A DNA stretch of 64,000 bases. Origin: an uncultured archaeon. GTDB lineage: Archaea; Aenigmatarchaeota; Aenigmatarchaeia; CG10238-14; EX4484-224. Below the pieces are notes generated by a model. The model was not told the origin of the DNA. It saw nothing but the letters and a program-made list of their open reading frames with translations, and searched no databases. The translations under genes were made by a program, and so were the position numbers. Below are positions 19,402 through 28,223 of this stretch, piece by piece. Within the stretch, counting starts at the first letter, position 1. Each line of letters opens with the position of its first letter. Location: the NCBI GenBank assembly GCA_964524025.1, contig CAZGBT010000003.1:602-64601 (forward strand), read 5' to 3'.

Positions 19402-19908
19402 TTAATGTTTAGCTAGTAAACTTAAAATTTCGCTTCTAATTTTGTCAAATTTTTCTCTAGTTAACCAGAAAACTTTGCCATAATTTTTAAAATCTTTAAC
19501 AAAATTTCTATGCAAAACAGCCAATAACTTTTTATCACTTCTAACCAATTCGAATACAAACTGTTTAAATTTTGGAGAAAAAAATTCCATTTTGCCCATC
19601 TCATCTATTGCTATTACATCCGCTTCGCCTATATCCTCGAATATTTCTTCAAAAAAACGTTCGAAATCATCTACAAAAACAGTGTACTTACCAATTTTTT
19701 TTCCTTTGTATTTACCAACTTTTGCTAACCAGATTTCTTTTGAAGAATTAAGATCTTTACATTTAAAGCCAATTCTCTTATTTCCTTCTCTAACTTCTGG
19801 GGTGGTAAAACCTATAATTTTAACACCTCTTTTCTTAAGCTCTTCTACAATCTGTAGAAAAAGAGTTGTCTTGCCAACGCCTGGTTTGCCTGTTATGAAA
19901 ATTTTCAT
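19402..19908 (-). CDS. Nucleoside-triphosphatase, THEP1 family
   Basis: MKIFITGKPGVGKTTLF P-loop, IAIDEMGKME Walker B, ~170 aa. Confidence 0.8.
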   Translation of the reverse strand: MKIFITGKPGVGKTTLFLQIVEELKKRGVKIIGFTTPEVREGNKRIGFKCKDLNSSKEIWLAKVGKYKGKKIGKYTVFVDDFERFFEEIFEDIGEADVIAIDEMGKMEFFSPKFKQFVFELVRSDKKLLAVLHRNFVKDFKNYGKVFWLTREKFDKIRSEILSLLAKH

Positions 19909-19995
19909 AGTAATTTTAATTTTGTTTGGATTTTGAAATTTTGAAATGAAGTCTCCCGAAATAAATTTCCAATTTTAAATAAGAAATTTCATTTT

Positions 19996-20709
19996 GTGAG
20001 ACTAAACAATGAATTGTGCTACCTTTGCGGATTTATAACTGGAGATGGTTACATATCAACAAAGGATAACAGAATCATCTTAACAGGAAATGCTACTCTA
20101 GAGGAGGAATTTTTTATGAATTATTTAAAACCGCTTATAGAAAGAAATCTACATGTAAACGTAAGGATAAAGAAAAATAACCAAACTTGTGTTCTCGAAT
20201 TTTATTCGAAAGAGGTTGTAGATTTCCTAGTTAAAGTTGGACTTAAAAGAGGCTCTAAAAGTAAGCAAGTTGAAATACCAAAAACTTTTCTTTCCTCCAC
20301 AAATTTCTTAAAAAGCTTCGTAGAAGGTTTTATGGATGCTGAATTCTGTTTCACTCTTAAGAAAAGATATAAGCAATTTCCTTATTATCCTTGCATAGAA
20401 TGTAATATAGCTAGTAAAAAGATCTGGAAACAATTGATTGATATCTTTAAGTCGTTTGGTTTAAAACCATCTTCCTGTGTTATTAAAGAATATGACAAAA
20501 GATTTCATAAATACTGGACCAAATACAGGATTGATTTAAATGGAGTAAACAATCTTATCAAGTTTTTAAAGTGCTTTCGTCCTAAAAATCCAAAGTTTAT
20601 CAAATTTCTTTCAGAACTAAGCGCAACTCTTAGAAAGAATAAGATAAAAAGAAAATCTTATTCCAAACTGCTGTGTATTAGTCAAAGGAATAGCGGGGGT
20701 GGGATTTGA
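19996..20709 (+). CDS. Free-standing double-motif LAGLIDADG homing-endonuclease-like protein
   Basis: GTG start. Motifs LCGFITGDGYI and VEGFMDAEFCF. The last ~19 nt run antisense into the initiator tRNA, so the true C-terminus is uncertain. Confidence 0.7.
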   Translation: MRLNNELCYLCGFITGDGYISTKDNRIILTGNATLEEEFFMNYLKPLIERNLHVNVRIKKNNQTCVLEFYSKEVVDFLVKVGLKRGSKSKQVEIPKTFLSSTNFLKSFVEGFMDAEFCFTLKKRYKQFPYYPCIECNIASKKIWKQLIDIFKSFGLKPSSCVIKEYDKRFHKYWTKYRIDLNGVNNLIKFLKCFRPKNPKFIKFLSELSATLRKNKIKRKSYSKLLCISQRNSGGGI

Positions 20710-20765
20710 ACCCACGACCTCCGGGTTATGAGCCCGGCGACCACTCCAAGCTGGTCCACCCCGCT
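20691..20765 (-). tRNA. Initiator tRNA-Met (anticodon CAU)
   Basis: AGCGGGG/CCCCGCU acceptor with an A1:U72 pair. Anticodon arm CCGGG-CTCATAA-CCCGG has three G:C pairs next to the loop, which are archaeal initiator hallmarks. Confidence 0.8.
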
Positions 20766-20790
20766 ATTCAAATATTGCTACTGATAGTTT

Positions 20791-21726
20791 TTAAACTTTT
20801 ATTTTCTGATAGTAAGCCAGAAATTCTTTTAGAGAAGAGATAAAACTGCCTCTTTTCAACTTATCATAAATTATGCTCGGTGCTAGAAAACATTCTAGCA
20901 AACAATCAAAGCAAGGCTTCCCAACTCCATTAAACCTTGGCAATTCCTTATAAGAACATATTTTAGGTTTATTAAAGCATGGAAAAACATTACCATACCA
21001 ATCAACATAAAAAGTACAAGTACCTCCCCAACATCTTAATTTAACCTTTCCATTAAGTCTGTTTATCACCTCTTCTATTATTTCCTTAAAAGTTAAGAAA
21101 GGGTACCTATCATAGACTTTGAGTATTTTAGTATAGACGCTAAGAAGAAATTTGTCATCGTAATATTTTTTAAACTTCCATGTTTCAGTTTTTGACGCCT
21201 CTGGCGTACAAATTCCGATGGGTATTTTTAATACATTTTTGCAGAAATCGAACGTTTTAATTAAGAAAGGTGAATTAAGTGGTGTGGGTAGAATAGATGC
21301 ACTGACTGGTTGCCTAAGTTTCTTACATATTTTTATACTCTTAATAGAATTTTCCCAAGCCCCCTTTACGCCTCTCCAGTAATCCATTTCTTCTTCTATG
21401 CAACTATCTAGCGAAATTGATATAAGAGAGAGTTTAATTTTCGCAATCTCCTTAATAACATCAGGTCTTGAACCATTAGTAGAGATACCAACGAAAAATC
21501 CAAGTTTCTTTGCAAATTGTAATACTTCTATTAAATCAGGATAAAGGGTTGGCTCACCACCTGTAATAAGCAAAAACTTTACGTTAGCTTTCTTTAGATA
21601 TAACAATATTTCCTTAACCCTCTTAAGAGGTGGAAAATACGGCCCAAACTTCCAAACTTCACAACCTTTGCATCGATAGTTACAGGTTGGTGTGATAGCA
21701 AAAACTGCGTGCCTCGGTAATTTCAT
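20791..21726 (-). CDS. Radical SAM protein with a SPASM-like Cys-rich C-terminus
   Basis: CNYRCKGC (CxxxCxxC) near the N-terminus. C-terminal CWGGTC...PCFN...CFDCLLEC. Start set at MKLPRH, whose ATG overlaps the Orc1 TAA (TAATG). Confidence 0.75.
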   Translation of the reverse strand: MKLPRHAVFAITPTCNYRCKGCEVWKFGPYFPPLKRVKEILLYLKKANVKFLLITGGEPTLYPDLIEVLQFAKKLGFFVGISTNGSRPDVIKEIAKIKLSLISISLDSCIEEEMDYWRGVKGAWENSIKSIKICKKLRQPVSASILPTPLNSPFLIKTFDFCKNVLKIPIGICTPEASKTETWKFKKYYDDKFLLSVYTKILKVYDRYPFLTFKEIIEEVINRLNGKVKLRCWGGTCTFYVDWYGNVFPCFNKPKICSYKELPRFNGVGKPCFDCLLECFLAPSIIYDKLKRGSFISSLKEFLAYYQKIKV

Positions 21727-22757
21727 TAAAACCTCTCCTCGTATTTTACCAAAATTTCTTTTCCTTTCTTTTCCATCTTTACCAAACCGCATTCTTCTAA
21801 GTGCTTCAAATAATTTCTGATCATCCTTTCTCCAACTGGTTTTTTGATTTTTTTAACATATCTTTCATAAAGCTCAGCTATTTTCAAAGGTTTCTTCCTA
21901 CCTTTAAGTATTTTAACCAAAATTCTCTCGTGCTCATTCAATTTTTCTACAACAATTTTTGGCTTAACCTTTCCAACTTTTTCTAAAACTGATTTAACAT
22001 GTCTTGCTAACAACTTTTTCGATCCTTCCCTTTCTGCCATCCTTCCAGCTTTAAGCAAAACTTCTAATCCAATCCTAACATCGCCACCATTTTTTATGGC
22101 ATGATTAGCAGCTAAGCTTATAGCAGCCTTTTCAAAATCTAAAAAGGCCTCTTTAGCTCTTTCTTCTAAGATATCTTTCATTTCTAAGAACGAATAAGGC
22201 TTAAACTCTATTTCATCTAAACCTAAACTGCTTTTTATTCTCGGCTCTACATGTGAAAACACGAATGGATCGTTAGAGATAAAAACTAAACCAATAGGAA
22301 ATTTTACGAATTGCTTCATCCGCAATAAATCATAAAGGACTGAATCATCTTTCTTAATTAACTGGTCTACTTCGTCCAAACAAACTATAACGCTTCCAGT
22401 TTTGTTAATAGCTTCTATAAGCCTTGAAATTACTTCATCTTTAGCCCAACCTCTCCTTTGAACAAAAAAACCAAGGCTTAAAGTAATTTCACTTAAAACA
22501 GCAAGAGATGTGTTGAATTCCCAGCAATTTATGTAAATTGTTCTTAGACCAGAAAATTTTTCGAATTCGCGAAAAACATATTTAATACAAGCTGTCTTTC
22601 CTATTCCTGGAGGACCAAATATAAAAGTATTAATGGGTTTTCTTCCAGATGCCGCAGGCAATAAGTTCGAAGCTATTTGCTTAATTTCATTTTCTCTATG
22701 CGGCAAAGTAGGTGGTAAATATTCTGGGTCTAAAACGTCTTCCCTTTTGAACACCAT
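21726..22757 (-). CDS. cdc6: Orc1/Cdc6 replication initiator
   Basis: LPHRENEI, Walker A GPPGIGKTA, Walker B CLDEVD, and a C-terminal winged helix. Confidence 0.9.
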   Translation of the reverse strand: MVFKREDVLDPEYLPPTLPHRENEIKQIASNLLPAASGRKPINTFIFGPPGIGKTACIKYVFREFEKFSGLRTIYINCWEFNTSLAVLSEITLSLGFFVQRRGWAKDEVISRLIEAINKTGSVIVCLDEVDQLIKKDDSVLYDLLRMKQFVKFPIGLVFISNDPFVFSHVEPRIKSSLGLDEIEFKPYSFLEMKDILEERAKEAFLDFEKAAISLAANHAIKNGGDVRIGLEVLLKAGRMAEREGSKKLLARHVKSVLEKVGKVKPKIVVEKLNEHERILVKILKGRKKPLKIAELYERYVKKIKKPVGERMIRNYLKHLEECGLVKMEKKGKEILVKYEERF

Positions 22758-22775
22758 AATTTAAATGAGAATTCT

Positions 22776-23480
22776 TTAAAATTCAAAGTATTTTCTAAAA
22801 TTTACTTCTATTCTTTTCTCAACTTTGCTTACACTTTCATTTCTTAATTCAGCTATTATCTTTATAGTATTCTTTATCATCAAAGGATTTAACTCAAGAC
22901 CTCTATACTTATATGGTCCATCCGATTCCGTTATAAAATTCTTAGAAATTTTAGCAACCTCTTTATGTTTTTCTTGGATTGTTATAGCTGGATTTATTCC
23001 TATAAAGTAACCTTTAGATTCTATTTTTTCTAACAAATCTAAAGGTCCTGTGTACCAGTGGAAAAGAGCTTTTTCTATATCATATTTTACTAAAAGGTTG
23101 AAAACTTCTTGCCAAGCCCCAGCAGAATGTAGATTTAAGATTAGGTTATATTCATTAGCTAGCTTAAGGAAAAATTTAAAAAATATAAGCTGCTTATCCC
23201 AAGTTTCTGGCACAAATTTTTTATCCAAACCTATCTCGCCTAAAACTTTTATTTCATGCCTTGCTACTAAATGCTTGATTTCTTCCAGAGCACTTTTTCT
23301 TGTATTTTTTACTTCCCAAGGATGTATTCCTATAGCTGGAATCCAGTTCTTCTCAGTTTCACAAAGTTTTATTGTTTTAATAGAAGATTTCAGATCGTCA
23401 CTAACTGCAATTATAACTATTTCTTTGAATTTATGCGGATTTGAAAATTCGTGAAGATGGCAGTGCACGTCGATTAACAC
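22776..23480 (-). CDS. tatD: TatD-family metal-dependent hydrolase / DNase
   Basis: MLIDVHCHLHEF, GEIGLD and LHS motifs. Confidence 0.85.
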   Translation of the reverse strand: MLIDVHCHLHEFSNPHKFKEIVIIAVSDDLKSSIKTIKLCETEKNWIPAIGIHPWEVKNTRKSALEEIKHLVARHEIKVLGEIGLDKKFVPETWDKQLIFFKFFLKLANEYNLILNLHSAGAWQEVFNLLVKYDIEKALFHWYTGPLDLLEKIESKGYFIGINPAITIQEKHKEVAKISKNFITESDGPYKYRGLELNPLMIKNTIKIIAELRNESVSKVEKRIEVNFRKYFEF

Positions 23481-23755
23481 TTTTATCCTACTTAAAATTA
23501 AAACCCAATTACAAATTAAGAATGACTTATTCTACAATTGAAAGATGTTACGAAAAATTTGCGAAATGGTATGTAAAAAAATAGAACTAGAACTGAACTA
23601 TTCTAAGTAGTTACTTCATCAAAAAGTCTAAATAATTCAAGTTTTCCATCCTTTCAAGGAATACCTAAACAGAGAATTTGCCAAAAATAAGTTCGACTGA
23701 ATATCAAACGATAGGTTGAATTTAAAATTTAAATGTTATGTTTAAATAAAAATCG

Positions 23756-24814
23756 ATGGCCCTAGAGGAACTTGAAGCAGAGATTTATTCGTGCACTGGC
23801 GACACAAGAATTAGTAGAGAAATCATAGCTCTTGCGAAGGCTTTACAAACCACTATTACGAAAAAGGTAATAAAATTGGCTAAAGATTTAAAGGAATATG
23901 AAGATGAATACGAAGAGCTGTATGAAGAGACGAGAGAAATTTTTACTAACCTTGCCAAAATACTTAGGTCGTATCCGCCTAAGATAGTGGAAAAGGTTTT
24001 GTCTTTTTTTGAGCAGATTATCGAGAACGACGATGTAGGAAATGCACCATCTGTTATAAGTGTGCTTACTAAATTATGTTCTAACAGTAGAATTGCTAAA
24101 ATCTTAAGAGAAGCACCAGACCATTGGATTGATGATTTATTGGGTGTCGCAAGGTATTACTGGCATTCAATAAGGTATTCCAAAGACCCAAATGAAGGTG
24201 TAAAAATACTCGAATCCTATTGGAGTTTACGAGAAATACTAGAAGATGAGGAGATGGGCGATTTGATTGAATTGATATTTCTAGAAACTAAAGATACAGA
24301 AGCCTGTAGAGAAACGTATGAACTTCTAAGAGAAGTTCCTCCCGATGAAAGGAAGAAGTTGATGTATGATTTCGAGTGTATAGCAAAGAGATCGGAGAGT
24401 GGTTATCTCATCAAGTTATACGCAAATACTTTAAGAAAATACATACCATTTCCCACCCTTCTTTGGCTTATTTCTTCTATTATAATGGACGAGTGTATAG
24501 AAGATGTATATAATATTCTTGGAGAATGCGAAGGGTGTATACTACATGAGAGTTATTTGGAAGCACTTGCACGACTTTATTCTAGTCCTACAGTTTATCA
24601 GATTCTTAAAAAGGCTCACTCCATCGACCAAGAGTTGGCGGAATACGTAGCTGAATTTGTCTGCAGATGTTATAAACGTGGTGGTTTTAAGGAAGCGGAT
24701 CGTAAGATCCTTTCCAAACTTATAAATGAGTTTCGCAAGGAACCAGAAGTGCTTAAGAGAGTTTTTAAGATTTTAAAGAGCACGGAAGAAGAGGAGGAAT
24801 TCGAAAAAGAGTAA
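23756..24814 (+). CDS. Hypothetical acidic helical protein (352 aa)
   Basis: ORF only, with an acidic C-terminal tail EEEEEFEKE. No family recognised. Confidence 0.5.
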   Translation: MALEELEAEIYSCTGDTRISREIIALAKALQTTITKKVIKLAKDLKEYEDEYEELYEETREIFTNLAKILRSYPPKIVEKVLSFFEQIIENDDVGNAPSVISVLTKLCSNSRIAKILREAPDHWIDDLLGVARYYWHSIRYSKDPNEGVKILESYWSLREILEDEEMGDLIELIFLETKDTEACRETYELLREVPPDERKKLMYDFECIAKRSESGYLIKLYANTLRKYIPFPTLLWLISSIIMDECIEDVYNILGECEGCILHESYLEALARLYSSPTVYQILKKAHSIDQELAEYVAEFVCRCYKRGGFKEADRKILSKLINEFRKEPEVLKRVFKILKSTEEEEEFEKE

Positions 24815-24885
24815 GCTTTTTTCTTTCCTATTTTAAGTCAAGCTTTTAGTTTTGTAGATTACTTATCAAATTCTATAGTAGAAAA

Positions 24886-24959
24886 TGGGGCCGCCGGGAT
24901 TTGAACCCGGGCTACCAGCACCCCAAGCTGGCGTCCTAACCAAGCTAGACTACGGCCCC
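24886..24959 (-). tRNA. tRNA-Pro (anticodon GGG)
   Basis: Acceptor GGGGCCG/CGGCCCC and anticodon arm CCAGC-TTGGGGT-GCTGG. The 5' half is identical to tRNA-Pro(UGG). Confidence 0.9.
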
Positions 24960-25005
24960 TTTATTGGTAGTAGCAGTTTTCGCATAGTCCTTAGCTTCTA
25001 ACAAA

Positions 25006-26085
25006 TTAAATCAAACCCTTCCATTTAAAATAGTCAAGCAAAATTTTCCAGTGATCAAAAGCCAAATCGATTGGCCTTAATTCCTCGAACTTGAACCATC
25101 TAACTTCCTTAACTTCAGCAGATTTTTTAATTTTTCCTTTAGCTTTTACTTCAAAAGCTACGGAATAAATAGGACCTCTTGGGTCTCTTCCTTTTTCAAA
25201 GTAATGGCCAAATTCTTCAATTTTTTTAACATTTAAACCAACTTCCTCTCTAACTTCTCTTTTTATAGCATCCTCGTCTTTTTCTCCTTTTTCAACAAAA
25301 CCACCTATTAAAGCCCATTTGTCTTTAAAAGGTTCTTTAGCTCTTTTTATCAAAAGAATTTTTCCATTTTTTTCTACAACAGCATCTACCGCAAATTTAA
25401 AACTTTCTTTTTCTAAAACTATAATCTTTGCATCTTTTCCTTTTTTTACTTCAAGCTCTTTTAAAAAACCAAAAAATTTACCATCATAATTAACTACTGC
25501 TTTTCCGTATCTTTCTACTTTAATCCTTACAATGGAATTTTCCTTTAAAATCTTCCATCTCTTAAAAATTCCAAATTTTCTTTCAAAAGAACGGTTTGGA
25601 ATTATATGGGATATCAAAATTCTTCTCTTCTTTATTCTAGGATAACCTAAAGAAGCGTTTAATCCGGAAGAACCTTGAGGAGTTGCTATAAGAATTCCAG
25701 AAGATACATGATAACTTTTTTTGTTATTTAAGAAAAGCGTATAATGTAAAGGTCTTGAAAGGGTTCTATGAAAAAGATAGATATCATAAAAGGCTTGAGT
25801 TCCGCCAAACTCTAACCTCAAAAAATTTTTAATTTCAAATTCTGCCCTTTTAATCTTCTTTAAATCATTAGCTAGCCTTTCTTCAGAAGTTTGAGCATGT
25901 AAAGCTATGCTCCCTCTTTTTCTGACAAACAACAAAGGCAAGTCGTATTTTTCTGCAGCCCTTGCAAAAGTTCCGTCACCACCTGCTACAATGATAAAAT
26001 CTGGATTCGAAGAAATCTTGAAACCTACACTCCTAACTATTTTTTCTAATCTTTTATCGAAAGGAATTATCTTGCATCTTTCCAT
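25006..26085 (-). CDS. NAD kinase fused to a C-terminal Nudix hydrolase domain
   Basis: N-terminal GGDGTFARAA and ATPQGSSGLNASLG (NADK). C-terminal Nudix box GGFVEKGEKDEDAIKREVREEVGL. Confidence 0.8.
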   Translation of the reverse strand: MERCKIIPFDKRLEKIVRSVGFKISSNPDFIIVAGGDGTFARAAEKYDLPLLFVRKRGSIALHAQTSEERLANDLKKIKRAEFEIKNFLRLEFGGTQAFYDIYLFHRTLSRPLHYTLFLNNKKSYHVSSGILIATPQGSSGLNASLGYPRIKKRRILISHIIPNRSFERKFGIFKRWKILKENSIVRIKVERYGKAVVNYDGKFFGFLKELEVKKGKDAKIIVLEKESFKFAVDAVVEKNGKILLIKRAKEPFKDKWALIGGFVEKGEKDEDAIKREVREEVGLNVKKIEEFGHYFEKGRDPRGPIYSVAFEVKAKGKIKKSAEVKEVRWFKFEELRPIDLAFDHWKILLDYFKWKGLI

Positions 26086-26101
26086 AAATTTAAATAGAAT
26101 T

Positions 26102-27373
26102 ATGGTTATTTACACAACAATTGTTGGGAGATCCAGAGATGAAGTTGAAAGATTAGGGACAAGAGGGGCTGGCTTTATAGGAAAACATATAGTAGGTACT
26201 GGTGAAGAGGCTCACTTAACTACTAAGGTTTTTATAGACCTAATAAAACCTCATGTTATCCTTATATGCGGGAAAAGAGGGACTGGAAAATCTTATTCAG
26301 CGGCCACTATTATAGAAGAAATTTGTTTGCTTGAAGAGACTTATAAGGAGAAAATTGCTGTTGTTGTTTTTGACCCAATAGGAATTTATTGGAGTATGAA
26401 ATTTCCGAATAGGCAGCAAGAGGAATTGCTAAAAGAATGGGGTTTGGAATCGAGGGGATTTGAGGAAGTTAAAATTTTCGTTCCTTACGGATTAAAAAGA
26501 GAATACGAAAAAGCTGGAATACCAGTCGATTTTTCAATTTCAATTTCACCTAAAGAATTCTTACCAGAAGATTGGAGTCTAGCTTTTAATTTAGAAAGGA
26601 CGAGCGAATTTTCTATAATACTCGAAAAAAATTTTAACAAGGCTTCAGAAATCTTTAAAGATTTTGAGCTAGAGGATTTGAAAGAGTTGATAAAGAAAGA
26701 TCAGCAAGCTTCCCAGCATGTTAAAAATGTACTATTAAGTTTCCTGGATTTAGCAGAAAGTTGGGGAATTTTTAGAAAAGGTGGTATGAGTGTTCATGAT
26801 ATAGTAAAAGGTGGGCAAGTTAGCATAATAGACCTTTCAAGAGTTAAAGGTGGAGAATGGGGTTTAAGAAACCTTTTAGCTGCTTGGCTAACTAGAAACG
26901 TTTATAGGGAAAGAGTTTTAGCAAGAAAAGAAGAAGAATTGGCAAAACTGGAAAAGAGAAAACCAAAAAGAGCATTCCCACTAACTTGGCTTATATTCGA
27001 AGAAGCTCACAATTTTATTCCAAGCAATAAGAATACTGTATCTACGGAGCCAATTTTAACTATAGCAAAACAAGGTAGGGAACCTGGTGTTTCTCTTGTT
27101 GTAATAACCCAAATGCCTAATAAAGTGCATTCCGATGTTCTTGCTCAAACGGATATAGTAATCTCATTTAGACTTACTAGTAAAAGCGACGTCGATGCTT
27201 TGCATGCTGTTATGCAAACTTATGTAAAAGAAGATATAGAAAAATATCTTAACAGACTTCCAAATTGGAAGGGTGCTTCTATAATTCTAGACGATAATCT
27301 TGAAAAGATTTTCACTTGTCAGATAAGGCCTAGATTATCTTGGCATGCAGGCGGAACTGCTATTGTAATATAG
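26102..27373 (+). CDS. HerA-like (DUF87-type) P-loop ATPase
   Basis: Walker A CGKRGTGKSYSA and Walker B LIFEEAHNF. Start moved to the ATG at 26102, because the upstream part of the ORF is antisense to the NADK gene. Confidence 0.7.
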   Translation: MVIYTTIVGRSRDEVERLGTRGAGFIGKHIVGTGEEAHLTTKVFIDLIKPHVILICGKRGTGKSYSAATIIEEICLLEETYKEKIAVVVFDPIGIYWSMKFPNRQQEELLKEWGLESRGFEEVKIFVPYGLKREYEKAGIPVDFSISISPKEFLPEDWSLAFNLERTSEFSIILEKNFNKASEIFKDFELEDLKELIKKDQQASQHVKNVLLSFLDLAESWGIFRKGGMSVHDIVKGGQVSIIDLSRVKGGEWGLRNLLAAWLTRNVYRERVLARKEEELAKLEKRKPKRAFPLTWLIFEEAHNFIPSNKNTVSTEPILTIAKQGREPGVSLVVITQMPNKVHSDVLAQTDIVISFRLTSKSDVDALHAVMQTYVKEDIEKYLNRLPNWKGASIILDDNLEKIFTCQIRPRLSWHAGGTAIVI

Positions 27374-28223
27374 TTTTTAGCCAATAAAGCATCGTTTCGC
27401 CCAGAACTTGAATTCCTATTTGATATTCTTTTGAAGGAAAGTTGTTTGAAGAGACTCTTCCTCTATAATTCATTTCTATCTGAACGCCTATTCTTTTCAT
27501 TTTATTTTTCCTATTATGCTGGATTACATGCTTGTTTAAAACATAATTTTTAGAACCCGTCCATCTCCACGTAGAAACTCCTATCTTCAAATCAAACTTT
27601 AAACCAACCTCTTCAAAAGCGTCCTTCAACCTTTGAATAAACATCCTTTTGAACAAAAAAGCGTTTTTCTTCCCACCTATGCATGCATAATCTCCTCCAA
27701 AACCTAGCAAAAAATCGAATTTTCTTTGGGCATGAATGCCATGCACTGATATTATTGCTTTTGGATTTAAAGACTCTATTATCGAGTGGTATTTGATCAA
27801 TTTTTGATAATATTGTTTATTTCTATGAATTGGAACGTAAACTACTTTTATCTTTGATTTATTGCTACAAACTCTTGTAAATAAAACTAAACCTTTTCCT
27901 AAATCTCTAGGATCTCTTGCTGCATCAGCGTCTATTCTGTTGAAATGAGGAAAAATATAAGCAGATAAAAGATGGAAACTTCCAATTTTAGCTAGAATAT
28001 CTGTATTTCTATCTCCAACGTTTATTACGATAGATTTATCTTTTTTCATCCTAAAAGTTTTTGAATTGGCATGCTCAGCTGTAAATAGGATACGGTTTGA
28101 ATTATAATGGTTAAGTATGCAATACTCTATTTCATCTTCTAAGATTGGACTTGTCTTTCTTTTAAAGAAACTTTCAAAAGATTTTTTTGAGTTAAAAGTT
28201 AAGTAAACCTTCTTCCTAGCCAT
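27360..28223 (-). CDS. N-formylglutamate amidohydrolase (FGase) family protein
   Basis: The ordered motifs FTAEHANS, GDRNTD, NRIDADAARDP, YHSII...IISVHG and VQIEMN parallel the FGase/HutG-family pattern. Confidence 0.55.
   Translation of the reverse strand: MARKKVYLTFNSKKSFESFFKRKTSPILEDEIEYCILNHYNSNRILFTAEHANSKTFRMKKDKSIVINVGDRNTDILAKIGSFHLLSAYIFPHFNRIDADAARDPRDLGKGLVLFTRVCSNKSKIKVVYVPIHRNKQYYQKLIKYHSIIESLNPKAIISVHGIHAQRKFDFLLGFGGDYACIGGKKNAFLFKRMFIQRLKDAFEEVGLKFDLKIGVSTWRWTGSKNYVLNKHVIQHNRKNKMKRIGVQIEMNYRGRVSSNNFPSKEYQIGIQVLGETMLYWLKTILQ

Noticed and set aside
20791-21792. The full-length 333-aa version of the radical SAM ORF.
   Set aside because: The first 22 codons overlap the Orc1 C-terminus. 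The ATG at 21726 gives the genome-typical TAATG coupling and places CxxxCxxC near the N-terminus.
23481-23755. AT-rich 275-nt spacer considered as a replication origin for the nearby Orc1/Cdc6.
   Set aside because: I found no repeated ORB or mini-ORB-like elements by eye, and the spacer is separated from cdc6 by the TatD gene. This cannot be supported without skew or motif analysis.
25907-26101. The N-terminal 65 codons of ORF 25907..27373.
   Set aside because: This extension is antisense to the NADK-Nudix gene. The HerA-like homology begins after the ATG at 26102, so the start was moved.
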